Positions 45,294-64,000 of a stretch of 64,000 nucleotides of DNA are shown piece by piece (the stretch's first letter is position 1; every line of letters begins with the position of its first letter). The notes under the pieces are model-generated. The model was not told the DNA's origin and did no database searches. It was given only the letters and a program-made list of their open reading frames with translations. Position numbers and translations under genes: made by a program. The stretch is from the human T2T-CHM13v2.0 reference genome, Homo sapiens: assembly GCF_009914755.1 (NCBI RefSeq), contig NC_060940.1. One strand, given 5' to 3'.

Positions 45294-48149
45294 AAGAAGT
45301 CTGAGCCAGACGTTGCTGCATAGGTCAGAACTCTGTGGGCTATGAATGTAAGATATTCACGAGTCACATCTATTCCATTCATTGGCAAACACTTACCTGA
45401 AACCATACAGCAAAAGAGATTCTGGAAAATGTACCTTCCAGCCTTAGAAGAAAGTGATGGTGGTGCCCAGTTGACCCCAGGCAAGCCGGCCCAGGAATGC
45501 AGACATTTTGGACTGCTCATCTTTTACTACTTTGTGTAGCCTTTCACAGAAGAATTACACAAGAACTTGACTCTTGATTCCAAGGATTCTGGAAGAATGC
45601 CAACCAAACTGAAGTCTACAAGCCTAACCATGTTATGAAAAGGCTGGATGTGACATGGTGAATCCTCCTTAGATGTGTTAACTAGGGTTAGGGTACCAGT
45701 GACATGCAAGGGGTTGGCCATTTGATTAAGTAGAGGAGGCATGAGTGAAAGCAGCACACCTCCACCCTGCTCAATGGCCATCATCACCTAGCCAGGCTGT
45801 GAGCCTCCATGGAGTGGGTAGCTGAGAACCCACAACCCACAATATATCTTCTTTCTGGCCCTGTTAACATGGACCTGTCTCTATGAGGTGATGGTTGATA
45901 TCCAGCTAAGTATGGCCCTCTTAATAGTAATGTGGGTGGCTTTATTCATATTGGCTTCATGATAAATGGTATCACTGAGCTGACTTCTCTATGTTTTAGA
46001 TAAAACAAAAATAAAAGACAAAAAAAAAAAAAAGAAAAAAAGCAAAATGACACAGGCAGTCTTGCTGCCAGACACATCTGCAATCAGAAAGCTTGGAAAA
46101 TTAGACTTGGAAATGGCTTGAAAAAACCTTTAAACTTTTTCTGAAGAGCAAGTACAGGTTTGTCTCTGGGGTCAGTTCTAATTCTTTGACCAGCTAATTT
46201 TAAGTGGCTGTATCTCGAAAAAAGTGACAGTGACATTTTGGTACTCCAGCTGAACTTTTAGATTAGTCACTGATACAACTGCAACTTTTGGCCTATTTGA
46301 AGGATTTTAAGGGCAGGATAAATAACAAAACCCAACAGTCTTAGCCTGAGTTTCCCAGAAATCAGAGCCTGAGACAAAGGCTTGCCTTTTAAGATTATCT
46401 GAGAATGTGATCTTAGGTAGCAAGAGTACAGGGTAGGGGAGTGATCAGGGAAGGAGGGAAAGCTAATGCAACATGGATTATTACGTTGTCTACTACTATG
46501 GACAATTGTTCATGTGGACTATGCTGTGGACTACCATATGGACTACCACTATCACTATGGATACAAGTCCTGCTTGGAATTTTTGGGGAGATTTATGGAA
46601 AGTACTAGAGAACTGTTTGTCCAAAGGACCAAAGATGGAAACATTTATCCATTGGCTCCAGGTCCCCATTGGTCAAGGATGACTTGGTTGCATTTCTAAG
46701 TAATGTATGCTGAGCACAGAGCAGATTCAAGTGGTTGCCCTGAGCTGCAGATACCTCTGGGCAGGAAATGAGAGATACTCAGTGCAGACCTAGAGTGAGA
46801 CCCGTGATCTGATTGCACCAGCATAGAGATGGTCAAAACCTAGGTGGAAGCAGTTTCTTCAGTTGTAACTGGAGATAGAGGTGGGATTGAGAGGATTTTA
46901 AAAAGGGGCCCAGGAGTTATCTAAAGCACCAAACAGTAAGTATACATTAACTATGTTCTGGGTGTTGGGCACAAGCATGGGAGGTAGAGCAGTGACATGA
47001 TAAAGCCTTTACTCTTCCCCAAATATCTATACTTTCTCTAATATAAAAAATCTTAAGTATATGAAAAATATCACATTTATTATAAAATGTAAACTGCAAT
47101 GACATCTGAGAGAGTTATATGTTGAAATTTAAATTCACATTGAGATATAAATGTTAGATACAGGTATTTTACCCCAAGTAAGGCTTTACTAGGGGAAGGA
47201 GGAAGTGCACAAGAATTCTGGGAGTCTGATGTAGTTGTGAATCAAAATTTCCAATCCTTATATATATTTTTATTATCAGCCTTGCTTTGCCTAGTGCCTA
47301 TAATCGTGTGAGAACTTGCCCTGTAGCCCCCCATGAGTGGCCCTTTTCCCTAGTCATCCTTCTTTGGCTTTAGCCATGAGGAGCCTGATGTGAGGAGAGA
47401 ACTCAGCAAATATTTAAGTAAATATTTATGGAATGACATGAATGAATACAAAGTTATAAATAGAACATTATCTTATTCTACTCCTGGACTAGATGTACGA
47501 CCAAACAAACTAGAATAGATTTTGCATAGATTAAATTTCACCTTTCTGACCTCCCCAAGCAAGTGCTTCTCTGTTTTTTTCCAGACCACCATGTATATTC
47601 AGTAGCTGTAGCCCTTATTTTCTGTTTTAGTTATTCAAAGCTTGCTGGAATATGAGCTCCTGAAGGGCAGGGGCCATTTCTTATTAATCTTTCTGTTGTC
47701 AGTACTGAGCAAAGTCTACGGTGCCTAGAAATGTTTAATTAATGAGAATCTGAATCAAGACTATAACCATACAACCTCAATAATGCAATTAAAATGAAGA
47801 ATCTGTGGAATAAAATGACTGAAAAGCATACCTTGGGAATACATATCCCAGCTGAGAGACTATAGGCAAGTCACTGAATTTCTGTGTCTCAGTTTCTCCA
47901 AGTGAAAAATGAGAGACCAATCAGGGTTAGAGGATATGTGATGTGCATACTGTCACTCTGTTTTCTGTGTCTTGGTTGACATTTCTAATAAATCATGACT
48001 TTTCTTCACACTGATTTCAGATATAAGCTTAGTAGTCTCAATTCACTTCAGTCAGCTTCTTTGAAATTCATCAGAAATATTTTTAAAAGCATAAATCAAA
48101 TGATATCTTTCCCCTGCTTAAAACCCTCTAAGAACTTCTAATTCCATCC

Positions 48150-49450
48150 TGATGGCAAACTAGGGTCATCTAAAAAATCTCCAGCTATATGTCCTTAGAA
48201 ATGCTACCCAAACTATAGCAACAAGTCAAAATGCATGGTGGATCCTTTAGTAAAGAAAGGAAAATCACCAGGTGCCAGAAAAAGGAATGAAACTGAAAAA
48301 CATAGGGAAAAGCATATGAGCTTATGCTGTGGCTACCCTGGAAGAAGTGTGGAATGAGTGGTTTGGTGTATTATTACACCGGGTAATTAAGGTTTTGGTC
48401 AAATTAGAGGATAAGAGATGCAGTCTTCAGTTTAAATGAATCAGGGAGTTGGAACTGAAAACTCTACATGAGCTAGGATGCTTGAAGGGCTGACCTATAG
48501 AGAGGGTGCTAGAGAAAAAAATTACAACTGTTAACATGAAGAAAAAAGGAAGTGTTTCTTTGCTTTGGCTCTGGGCAAATAATGATAATAATAATTATTC
48601 TTGAAAAATTTACAACTTTATTCTGTGCTTTATGGAAAATTAGAATTCAAATATGTTCTTTCCCAGTTCTCCATGAAACCAAAACTGCAGAATTAATATA
48701 CAAATTGTTCTTAAGTGAATGTTACTCCTTGGATTCCTGGCAAAAAAAACACACAATTCTTGTGGAGGAACATTTCCATTACTCCCATGCCACAGGAGCT
48801 CCACAGATTAAGCACAACTGAAGATGAAACCACAACCCAAAATTACAAAACTCACAAAAAACAAAACAACATTAGAGAGCCAACAGACACAACAATATTA
48901 GATAATTAATATTTCTAAGTACCTGGGACATAGTAAGTTTTATATAACGTTTGACTGATAAATAAATATTAAAAAATGAACATACCAGGAATGTAGGTTA
49001 ATGGAGAAATTCGTAATAAACTTTAAAGTAGGAGGAATTAAAATGATTAAAGATATAAAAGCAGGAATAATTTACATAAAAAAGACACTATGATAAGATA
49101 ATAGGCAGGCTTGAAGATCCATATAGAACTTCTAGAAAAAAATGTTATTTGAAATAAAAAGCTCAATAAAGAGTGGTTTGAATAGAGCTGAGAAAATTGA
49201 GTGCATCACAGAGAGGTTAAGATATAGTAATATGAAAAAGGTTAAGAGATGTGAACAATAGAATTAGGAAGTGTAATGGGAATTTCAGAAGAAGAGAATA
49301 GATAATGAGAAAGAGGCAATATTCAGGAATAATGGTCCAGTTTTTCAGAATTAATCAAAGACAGAATTGAAGAAGTACATACAGTCATGAGTAGGAAAAC
49401 TATAATAAATACACATTGTAATGAAATTATAGAACTTAAGAACAAAAAAT
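48150..49450 (+). mobile_element. Highly diverged L1M 5'/ORF1-region remnant
   Basis: A-rich L1 ORF1-like phrases (aaaattacaaaac, gggaatttcagaagaagagaataga); similar remnants at 54240-54380 and 57500-57860. Confidence 0.5.
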
Positions 49451-50451
49451 AGTTTGGTAAATTCCCTCTTTTAAAAGATAGAGACCTACTGAATGGATAA
49501 AAACAGAAGGACCTCATTATATGCTGCCTACAAGAAGCTCGTCTCACCTGTAAAGACACATGTAGATAAAAGTGAAAGTATAGAAAAAGATATTTTATAC
49601 AAGCAGAATCCAAAAGTGAGGAGGAGTAGCTATACTTATAATATCAGACAAAACATGTTCTGTAAAACTTCATGTTCTGTATCAGACTTCATGTTCTGTA
49701 AAAAAATGAATGACATTATAAAATAATAAAGAGATCAATTTAGCAAGAGAATATAACAATTAGAAAATATATGTACCCAATACTGGAGCACTCAGGTAAA
49801 TAAAGCAAATATCATTAGATCTAAAGGGAGAGATAGGCCATAATACATGTAATAGTTGGGGATGTCAATATGCCTCTATCAGCATTGGACAGAGCATCTA
49901 GACTGAAAATCAACAAAGAAACATCAGATTTAAACTGCACCATAGACCAAATGGACATAACAGACATTATAGAACGTTTCACACAACAGCTGTAGAATAT
50001 ATATGTTTTTCATCAGCATATTGAACATTCTCCAAGATTGACCATATGTTAAGGCATAAAACAAGTCTCAAAAAATTTTAAAAATTAAAATCATATCAAG
50101 TATTTTATCTAACTACAATGGAATGAAACAAGACCAGTAATAAGAGGAACATAACAAAACTACACAAATAAATGGAAATTAAACAGCATACTCTGGGATG
50201 ACCAATGTGAGAAGGAAAAAATTAAGAATAAAATTCAAAAATTTATTGAACCAAATGAAAATAAAAACACAACATAGCAAAACCTATGAGACACAGCAAA
50301 AATAGTATTAAGAGGAAAGTTTATAGCAATAATGCCTACATCAAAAAGATTTTAAATAAACAACATAATGATGCACCTCAAAGATCCAGAAAAGCAAGAA
50401 CAAACCAAACCCGAAATTAGAAGGAGAAAAGAAATAATAATGATCAGAGCA

Positions 50452-50737
50452 GGGCTGGATTGTGTGGCTCACACCTGTAATCTCAGCACTTTGGGAGGAA
50501 AAGGCAGGAGGATTGCTTGAGCCCAAGAATTTGAGACCTGCCTGGGTAACATAATAAGACTCCGTATCTACAGAAAAAATAATGAAAACAATTAGTCAGG
50601 GATGGTGCAACACACCTGTAGTGCCAGCTACTAGGGAGACTTAGGTGGGAGGATTTCTTGAGCCCAGGAGGTCAAGGCTGTAGTGAGCTATGATCACACC
50701 ACTGCACTCCAGCATAGGTGACCGAGTGAGACCCTGT

Positions 50738-50767
<30 letters not shown>
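50452..50767 (+). mobile_element. AluJ
   Basis: ggattgcttgagccc, ggtcaaggctg, long A tail. Confidence 0.92.
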
Positions 50768-50769
<2 letters not shown>

Positions 50770-50893
50770 GAACAGATATAAACAAAATTGAGACAAAAAT
50801 TGAAAATTGAGAAAAGATCAATAAAACAAAAAGCTGTTTTTCTGAAAAAAGAAACAAAATTAACAAACTATTAGCTAGATTAAGAAAAAAAGA

Positions 50894-51177
50894 GGCCGGG
50901 CGCAGTGGTTCACGCCAGTAATCCCAGCAATTTGGGAGGCCAAGGTGGGCGGATCACGAGGTCAGGAGATCGAGATCATCCTGGCTAATGTGGTGAAACC
51001 CCGTCTCTACTAAAAAATACAAAAAACTAGCCAGGTGTCGTGGCAGGTGCCTGTAGTCCCAGCTACTCAGGAGGCTGAGGTAGGAGAATGGCATGAACGT
51101 GGGAGGTGGAGTTTGCAGTGAGCCGAGATCACACCACTGCACTTCAGCCTGGGCCACAGGTGAGACTCTGTCTCAAA

Positions 51178-51202
<25 letters not shown>
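50894..51202 (+). mobile_element. AluY
   Basis: gatcacgaggtcaggagatcgag, atcctggctaa, gaatggcatgaac; TSD AAGAAAAAAAGA at 50882-50893 and 51203-51214. Confidence 0.93.
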
Positions 51203-51209
<7 letters not shown>

Positions 51210-54200
51210 AAAGAGAGAAGACACAAATAAATAAAATCAGAAATAAAAAGATGTTACAATGAAAACCACAGAAATACAAAGGATCATTAGAAACTACTAT
51301 GAACAACTGTACACCAATACATTAAAACACCTAGAGGAAATGGATATGTTTTTAGATGCATGCAACCTACCAAGATTGAACCAAAAAGGAACAGAAAACT
51401 GGAATAGACTGATAACAAGTGTCAATACTGAATTAGTAACAAAAAGCCTTCCAACAAAGAAAAGTCTAAGACCAGATGGCTTCTCTGCTGAAAACCGCTA
51501 AATACTTAAAGAAGACTTAATATCAACTATTCTCAAATTATTCTGGAAAATTTAAAGCAGAGACAATTCTTCCTAATTCATCCTATGAGACCAACATAAC
51601 CTTGATACCAAAAACCAGACCAGGACACAACAACAGCAACATCAACAAAACTACAAGCCAATATCCCTGATGAACAGAAATGCAAAAATTCTCAACAAAG
51701 AATTAGCAAACTGAATCAAACAACACATCAAAAAAAAAAAAAAAAAAAACACACAAGAATCAAGTGGAATTTATCCAGGAATACAAGGATGGCTCAGTGT
51801 ACAGAAATCAAAAACCATCATACATCACATGAATAGAATGAAGAATAAAATCCATGTGATTATCTCAATAGCCACAGAAAAATTTTTTGATAAAACTCAA
51901 TATCCCTTCATGATAAAAACTCTTAATAAGTTAGGTATAGAAGGAAAATACCTCAACATAATAAAGGCCATATATGACAACCCAAAGCTAACATTTTACT
52001 GAATGAGAACAAGACAAGGAGGCCAACTCTTACCACTTTTTTTCAACATAGTACTAGAAGTCTTAGAGCAATTAGGAAAGAGAAAGAAAGAAAGGGAATC
52101 CAAATTGAAAAGGAGTAAATGAAAATGTCCCTGCTTGCAGATGACGTGTTCTTATATATAGAAAAACCTAAAGACTCTACCAAGAAACTCTTAGAACTGA
52201 TAAATAAATTTGGTAAAGTTGAAGAGTACAGAATTAGTACACAAAAATCAGTAGTGTTTCTATATATGAACAACAAACTGACTGAAAAAGAATTCCAGAA
52301 GGCAATGTCACTTACAATAACTACAAAAATATACCTATGAACAATCTTAAGGAGATGAAAGCCTCTACAAGGAAAACTACAAAACATGGATAAAGAAATT
52401 AAAGAGGATACAAATGAATAGAAAGACATACGATGCTCATGGATCAGAGGAATTAATAAGGTTAAATTGACAACACTACCCAGAGCAGTCTACAGATTCA
52501 ATGCAATCCCTATCAAAATATTAAAGACATTCTTCCCAGAAATAGAAAAACAGTTCCAAATTTGTATGAAATTACAAAAGACTCACATTAGCCAAAGCAA
52601 TCCTGAACAAGAAGAACAAAACTAGAGGTATCATATTATCAGAACTGCTACAAAGCTATAGTAACCAAAACAGCATGGTACCAGCATAAAATCAGACAAA
52701 ATGACCAATGGAACAGAATACAAAACCCAGAAATTAATCTACATATGTATAGCCAACTGATTTTTGACAAAGATGCCAAGAACACTCATTGAAGAAAGGA
52801 CAGTTTTGTCAATAAATGGTCCTGGGAAAACTGGGTATACATACACAGAAGAATAAACTAGACTTCCACCTCTCACCATCCCCCAAATCAACTAAAAGTG
52901 GACCAAAGATGTAAATGTAAGACCCCAAATAATAAAACTGCTAGAAGAAAACATAGGCAAAATGCATCAGGACATTGGTTTGGGAAATGATTTTATAAGA
53001 CCTCAAAAGTACAGACAAAAAAGCAAAAATAAATAAATGGGATTAAATCCAACCATAAAATTTCTGCACAGTACAGAAAACAATCAAGAGAGTGAAAAGA
53101 ACACCTACAGAAAGTGAGAATATTTGTAAACTACTCATCTGACAGGGGATTAATATCAAGAATATACAAGGAACTCAAACGTCGCAACAGCAAAAATATA
53201 AAATACATCAATAAAATAAGTAAACAAGTTGGTTAAAAATGGGCAAATGATCTGAACAGACATTTCTCAAAAGAAGACATACAATGGTAAAGAAATATAT
53301 TAAAAATGCTCAACATTATTAATCATCAGGAAAATGCAAATCAACACCACGATGAGGTATCATCTCACCCCAGTTAGGATTGCTATTATAAAAAAGACAT
53401 AACGTAACAAATGCTGGTGAGGGTATGAAGAAATGGGAACTCTTTTTCTCTCTTGGTGGGAATGTAAACTAGTACAACCACTATGGAGAATAGTATGGCA
53501 GTTCCTTGAAAAACTGCAAATAGAACTACCGTATGATCCAGCAATTCCACTATGGGGAATTTATCCAAAGGAAAGGAACTAATTGTATCAAAGAGACACC
53601 TGCACCTCCATATTTATTGCAGTACTATTCACAATAACCAAGATATGGAATCAACCTAAGTGTTCAACAACAAACCAATGAATAAAGAAAACATGGCATA
53701 TATACACAATCGACTATTATTTGGCCCATTAAAAAGGAATGACATCTTGTCATTTATGGCAACAAAGACGGAACTGGAGGACATTTTGTTAAGTGAAAGA
53801 AGCCAGAAACAGAACGTTAAATATTGCATGTTCTCACTCATATGTGAAAACCAAAAAAAGTTGATCTTATAGAATTAAAAAGTAAGATAAAGGATACTAG
53901 AGGCTGGCAAGTGTTGGGGGAAGGGAGGGATAGAGAAAGATTTGTTAAAGGATACAAAATTACAGCTAGATAGGAGAAATAAGTTCTAGTGTTCTACACC
54001 ACTGTAGGATGACTATAGTTAATGGTAATATACAGTTTCAAATAGCTAGAAGGAGGATATTGAACATTTCCAACACAAAGAAGTGATACATGTTTGAGAT
54101 GATAGATATTCTAATTACTCTGATCTGATCACTATACATTACATGTATCAAAATATCATGGTGTACTCATGAATATGTACAATTATTATTTGTTGATTTA

Positions 54201-54384
54201 AAAAATAAAATAATTAAAGGAAAGCTGGAAAAATCCTTAAAAATAAAAAAATGTTTAAAGCAGTCAAAGAGAAAAGACAAACTCGTTATATACTTACAGC
54301 AGGTATTTCAACAGCAAGAATAGAGGCCAGAGAACATTGAAACAATACATTTCAAGTATAAGGAAAAATGTCAACCTAGACTTC

Positions 54385-57270
54385 TTTTAAAAAATAAAAA
54401 AATTAATTGTGATAAAATACACATGACATAAAATTTACCATTTTGGCCACTTTTAAGTGTATAGTTCAGTAGTGTTAAGTATATTTACATTGTTGTAAAA
54501 CCAGTCTCCAGAACTTTCTCATCTTGCAAAACTGAAATCCTGAGCCCATTAAACAACTTTCCATTTCCCAATCCCTCCAGTCCCTGGAAACCACTATAAT
54601 ACTTTCAGTACCTTTGAATTTGACTACTCTACATACCTCATATAAGTGAAATCATATGATAGTTGCTTTTTTGTGACTGGCTTATTTCATTTAGCGTAAT
54701 GCCCTCAAGGTTCAGTCATGTTGAGCATGTGTCAGAATTTTATCACTTTTTAAGGCTGAATAATATTCTATTACATGTTTATGTCATATTTTATTTGTCT
54801 ATTCATTTATTGATGAATTGGTTTTTTTCTAACTCTTGGCTGCTATGTAAATAATGGTGCTATGAACATGGCTGCACAAATATCTTTTTGAGAACCTGCT
54901 TTTAATTTTTTTGGATATATACTCAGAAGTAGAATTGCTGAATATATGATAATTCCATTTTTAATTATTTGAAGAACCTCTATTCTGTTTTCCTAAGCAG
55001 TTGCACCACTTTACGTTTCTACCAGCAATGAACATGTTTCCAATTTCTAGATATCTTCACTAACACTTGTTATTTTCTGTGTGGTTTTTTAAAATCTTTT
55101 AAGAGTAGCCACTTCATGGAACTAGAAAAAGCAATCTTAAAATTCACATGGAACCAAAAAGACCCCATATAACCAAAGCAAGACCAAGCAAAAACAAAAA
55201 CAAAAACCCCCCAAAACAAAACCAAATCTGGAGGCACCACATTACCAGACTTCAAACTACACTACAAGGCTATGGTTACCCAAACAACATGGTACTGTAT
55301 CAAAATAGGCACATAGACCAATGGAACAGAATAGAGAACCCAGAAATAAGGCCAAATACATACAGCCAACTGATCTCCGAAAAAGCAAACAAAAACATAA
55401 AGTGGGAAAAGACACCCTATTTAACAAATGGTGCTGGGATAACTGGCAAATGAATAATAACATGAATGGGATAACATGTCACATGTAGAAGAATGAAACT
55501 GGATCCTCATCTCTCACCTTATACAAAAATCAACTCAAGATGGATCAAAGACTTAAATCTAAGACATGAAACCACAAAAGTCTTAGAAGATAACATCAGT
55601 AAAACTCTTCTAGACATTGGCTTAGGCAGAGTTTATGACCAACAACCCAAAAGCAAATCCAACAAAAACAAAAATAAATAAATGGGACCTAATTAAACTA
55701 AAACGCTTTTGCACAGGAAAAAAATCAGGAGAATAAACAGACAATCCACAGAATGGCAGAAAATGTTTACAAACTATGCATCCAATAAAGGACTAGTATC
55801 CAGAATCTACAAAGAACTCAAACAAATCAGCAAGAAAAAAAAAATCCCATCAAAAGTGGGCAAAGGACATGAATAGACCGTTCACAAAATAAGATATATA
55901 AATGGTCAAAAAACATACAAAAAAAATCTCAACATCACTAGTTATCAGGAAAATGCAAATTAAAACCACAATGTGATACAATCTTACTCCTGCAAGAATG
56001 GCCATAATCAAAACATAAAAAAAAATAGATGTTGGTGTGGATGTGGTGAAAAGAGAACACTTTTCCACTGTTGGAGGAATGTAAACTAGTACAACCACTA
56101 TGGAAAACAGTGTGGAGATTTCTTAAAAAACTAAATGTAGAACTACCATTTGACCAAGCAATCCCACTGCTGGATATCTACCCAGAGGAAAATAAGTCAT
56201 TACATGAAAAAAAAAAGCCACTTGTTTATAGCAGCACAATTTGCACATGCACACACATGTTTATAGCAGCACAATCTGGAATTGTGAAAATATGGAGCCA
56301 GCCTAAAATGCCTATCGACCACTGAGTGAATAAAGAAAATGTGGTATATATACACCATGGAATACTACTCAGCCATAAAAAGGAATGAAACAATGGCATT
56401 TACAGCAACCTGGATAGGGTTGGAGATCATTATTCTAAGTGAAGTAACTCAGGAACAGAAAACCAAATGTTCTCACTTATAAGTGGGAGCTAAGCTATGA
56501 GGATGCAAAGGCATAAGAATGATATAATGGACTTTGGGGACATGGGGGAAGAGGTGGAGAGGGGTGAGGGATAAAAGAGTACCCATTGGGTACAGTATAC
56601 AATGCTCAGGTGATGGGTACACCAAAAATCTCAGTAATTACCACTAAGTAACTTATTCGTGTAACCAAAAACCACCTGTTCCTGAAAAACAATTGAAAAA
56701 AAAAACAAAACCTCAAAAAAAAAAAAAAAGAGTAGCCATCTGAGGGTATATGGTGATATTTCATTGTGATTTTGATTTGCATTTCTCTAATGATTAGTGA
56801 TATTGAACACCTTTTCATATGCTTGTTGGCCATTCAGGTATCTTGTTTGGAGAAATGTCTGTTTAAGTTGTTTGCCTATTTTTAAATCAGGCTACTTTTT
56901 TCTTGTTGTTGTTGAGTTGTAGTTCTTTATATATTCTGATTTTTTAAAATAATTTTTATTTTTACCGTTTTTCTTTTAACAGTCTCAAGAAAACTAAATT
57001 CTGAATATTGATCTCACATTACATGTATAATGTGAAAATGTTTTTCACATTCCAGAGGTTGCCTGTTTACTATGTTGACTGTATACTTTGATGCAGAGTC
57101 TTTCATTTTGATGTAGTACAATTTATCTATTTTTGTTTTTGTTGTCTTTGTTGCTTGAGCTTTTGGTGTCATACCCAAGAAATTATTGCCAGATCCACTG
57201 CCATGGCGCATTTCCCCTGTGTTTTCTTTTAAGATTTTTATAGTTTTATGTCCTATATTCAGGTCTTTGA
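54385..57270 (-). mobile_element. L1MB-type 3' segment split by an L1PB insertion
   Basis: Antisense L1MB 3'UTR at 54385-55100, continuing at 56739-57270. Confidence 0.85.
55112..56727 (+). mobile_element. 5'-truncated L1PB (L1PB1/2-like)
   Basis: Exact TSD AAGAGTAGCCA at 55101-55111 and 56728-56738, after TTTT/AA; L1PB 3'UTR gatgcaaaggcataagaatgat. Confidence 0.92.
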
Positions 57271-57275
57271 TGCCT

Positions 57276-57456
57276 CTTTTTTTCCTTTTTTCTTTTTGAG
57301 ACCGAGTCTTGCTATGTTACCCATGCTAGAGTGCAGTTGATATTCACAGGCGTGATCATGGTGCACTGTAGCCTTGAACTCCTGAGGGCTCAAGCAATCC
57401 GCCCACCTAAGCCTCCTGAGTATCTGAGACTACAGGGATGCACCACTGTACCTGGT
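57276..57456 (-). mobile_element. FAM (fossil Alu monomer)
   Basis: Contains the 7SL-like tattcacaggcgtgatc segment absent from dimeric Alus. Confidence 0.8.
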
Positions 57457-57870
57457 TTCATTTTTTAACCTCAAATTTTTGTTTTCATTTCACACCAAGA
57501 ATTTTTTATTCAACAAGTATATGGGTGAACCCTAAGAGTGAAAGTAAAATGGAGATATTTTAAAATAAACTTATTAAGACCATCACTGAAAAGTAACTCT
57601 AAAGGGTAACCTCAAGAACAAAAAAATAAAAGCTATGTGGAAGGAGCATAATACAAAAAAAAATTCGCTAACAAAAATGTTGGCAAACAGAGTGGTAAAT
57701 ATAAACAAAAATTAGGTAAAAACAAAGTGTACATAAAATACCAGATGACAATAACATGTAAGAAAGAAGAGGTTGGTGAATGTAGTTAACATGGTCTGAA
57801 ACCCTAGTATCATTTGGAAGAAGGTAGAGGTACTCATTAATCTTACATTTTGTTAAGTCAGATATGCATG

Positions 57871-58319
57871 TGTATTAGGCAGGGTTCTATGTAGAAACAG
57901 AACCAATAGGATACACATTTTATGAGACTTGACTCACATAATTAGGGAAGGCAAACAGTCCCACAATCTGCCATCTGTAAGCTGGAGAGCTAGGAAACCT
58001 AGTGGGATAATTCAGTCTGAGTCTGAAGGGCTGGGAACCAAGGAGCTTATGTCTGAGAAGAAGAAGGGTGTCCTGGCTCAAACTGACAGCAACTTTGCCC
58101 TTTCTATCCATACTTTCAATGGCTTGGATGATTGGATTATGAGTGTTCTATCCATGCTCTCAGTGGATTGGATTATGAGTGAAATCTTTAATCGGGGTGA
58201 TGATTCAAATAATAATCTCTTCCAAAAACAGCCAGAGAGACACATGGAGAAATAATGTTTTACCAGCTTTAAAAGCATTCCTTAGCCCAGAAAGTTGACA
58301 CATAAAATTAATCATCACA
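57871..58319 (-). mobile_element. MLT2 (ERVL) solo LTR
   Basis: TGTATTAG...AATCATCACA termini; 5-bp TSD GCATG at 57866-57870 and 58320-58324. Confidence 0.9.
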
Positions 58320-58369
58320 GCATGTTAAAAGTTAAGAGAAAACACAAAAATAATAGAAATAGAATATTA

Positions 58370-64000
<5,631 letters not shown>

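Larger units (their letters stand above)
49470..54230 (+). mobile_element. L1MA-type element (ORF2 plus 3'UTR), interrupted by two Alus
   Basis: Degenerate ORF2 peptides (LLADDV, NLPRLNQ); L1MA 3'UTR ggatacaaaattacagctagatagg... Confidence 0.9.

Noticed and set aside
45391-45399. Perfect splice donor CAG|GTAAGT on the minus strand beside non-repeat ORFs at 45251-45787
   Set aside because: A single 9-mer is expected by chance in 128 kb of both strands; no recognisable protein or matching acceptor.
46495-46562. Repeated TGGACTA units resembling a short spaced array
   Set aside because: Degenerate slippage repeat in an old LTR, not CRISPR-like; the DNA is mammalian.

Overview
Primate (human-like) intergenic or intronic DNA, mostly interspersed repeats: L1PA/PB/MA/MB, Alu/FLAM/FAM, MIR, L2, MaLR/ERVL/ERV1 LTRs, a full-length Tigger1, MER81 and MER102. 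I can support no intact protein-coding gene. The gene-derived sequences are a processed KLF8 pseudogene (~17.4-19.45 kb, +, with UTRs and a TSD) and a U6 snRNA retrocopy (~31.4 kb, -). The most unusual signals are several local DNA-copying events. (i) An AluSp/Sq-type insertion whose target-site duplication (TSD) also brackets a ~497-bp copy of the flank of a different Alu 7.4 kb away. (ii) A polyadenylated, TSD-flanked piece of ancient L1M sequence inside a much younger L1PA, probably an orphan 3' transduction. (iii) A 75-bp near-perfect copy dropped into an old LTR. (iv) A 33-bp inverted self-copy in an L1 5'UTR. (v) A 50-bp identical irregular block shared by two polypyrimidine arrays 11 kb apart. 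Repeat subfamily names are from memory of consensus sequences and need RepeatMasker/Dfam confirmation. Identity values are hand counts.
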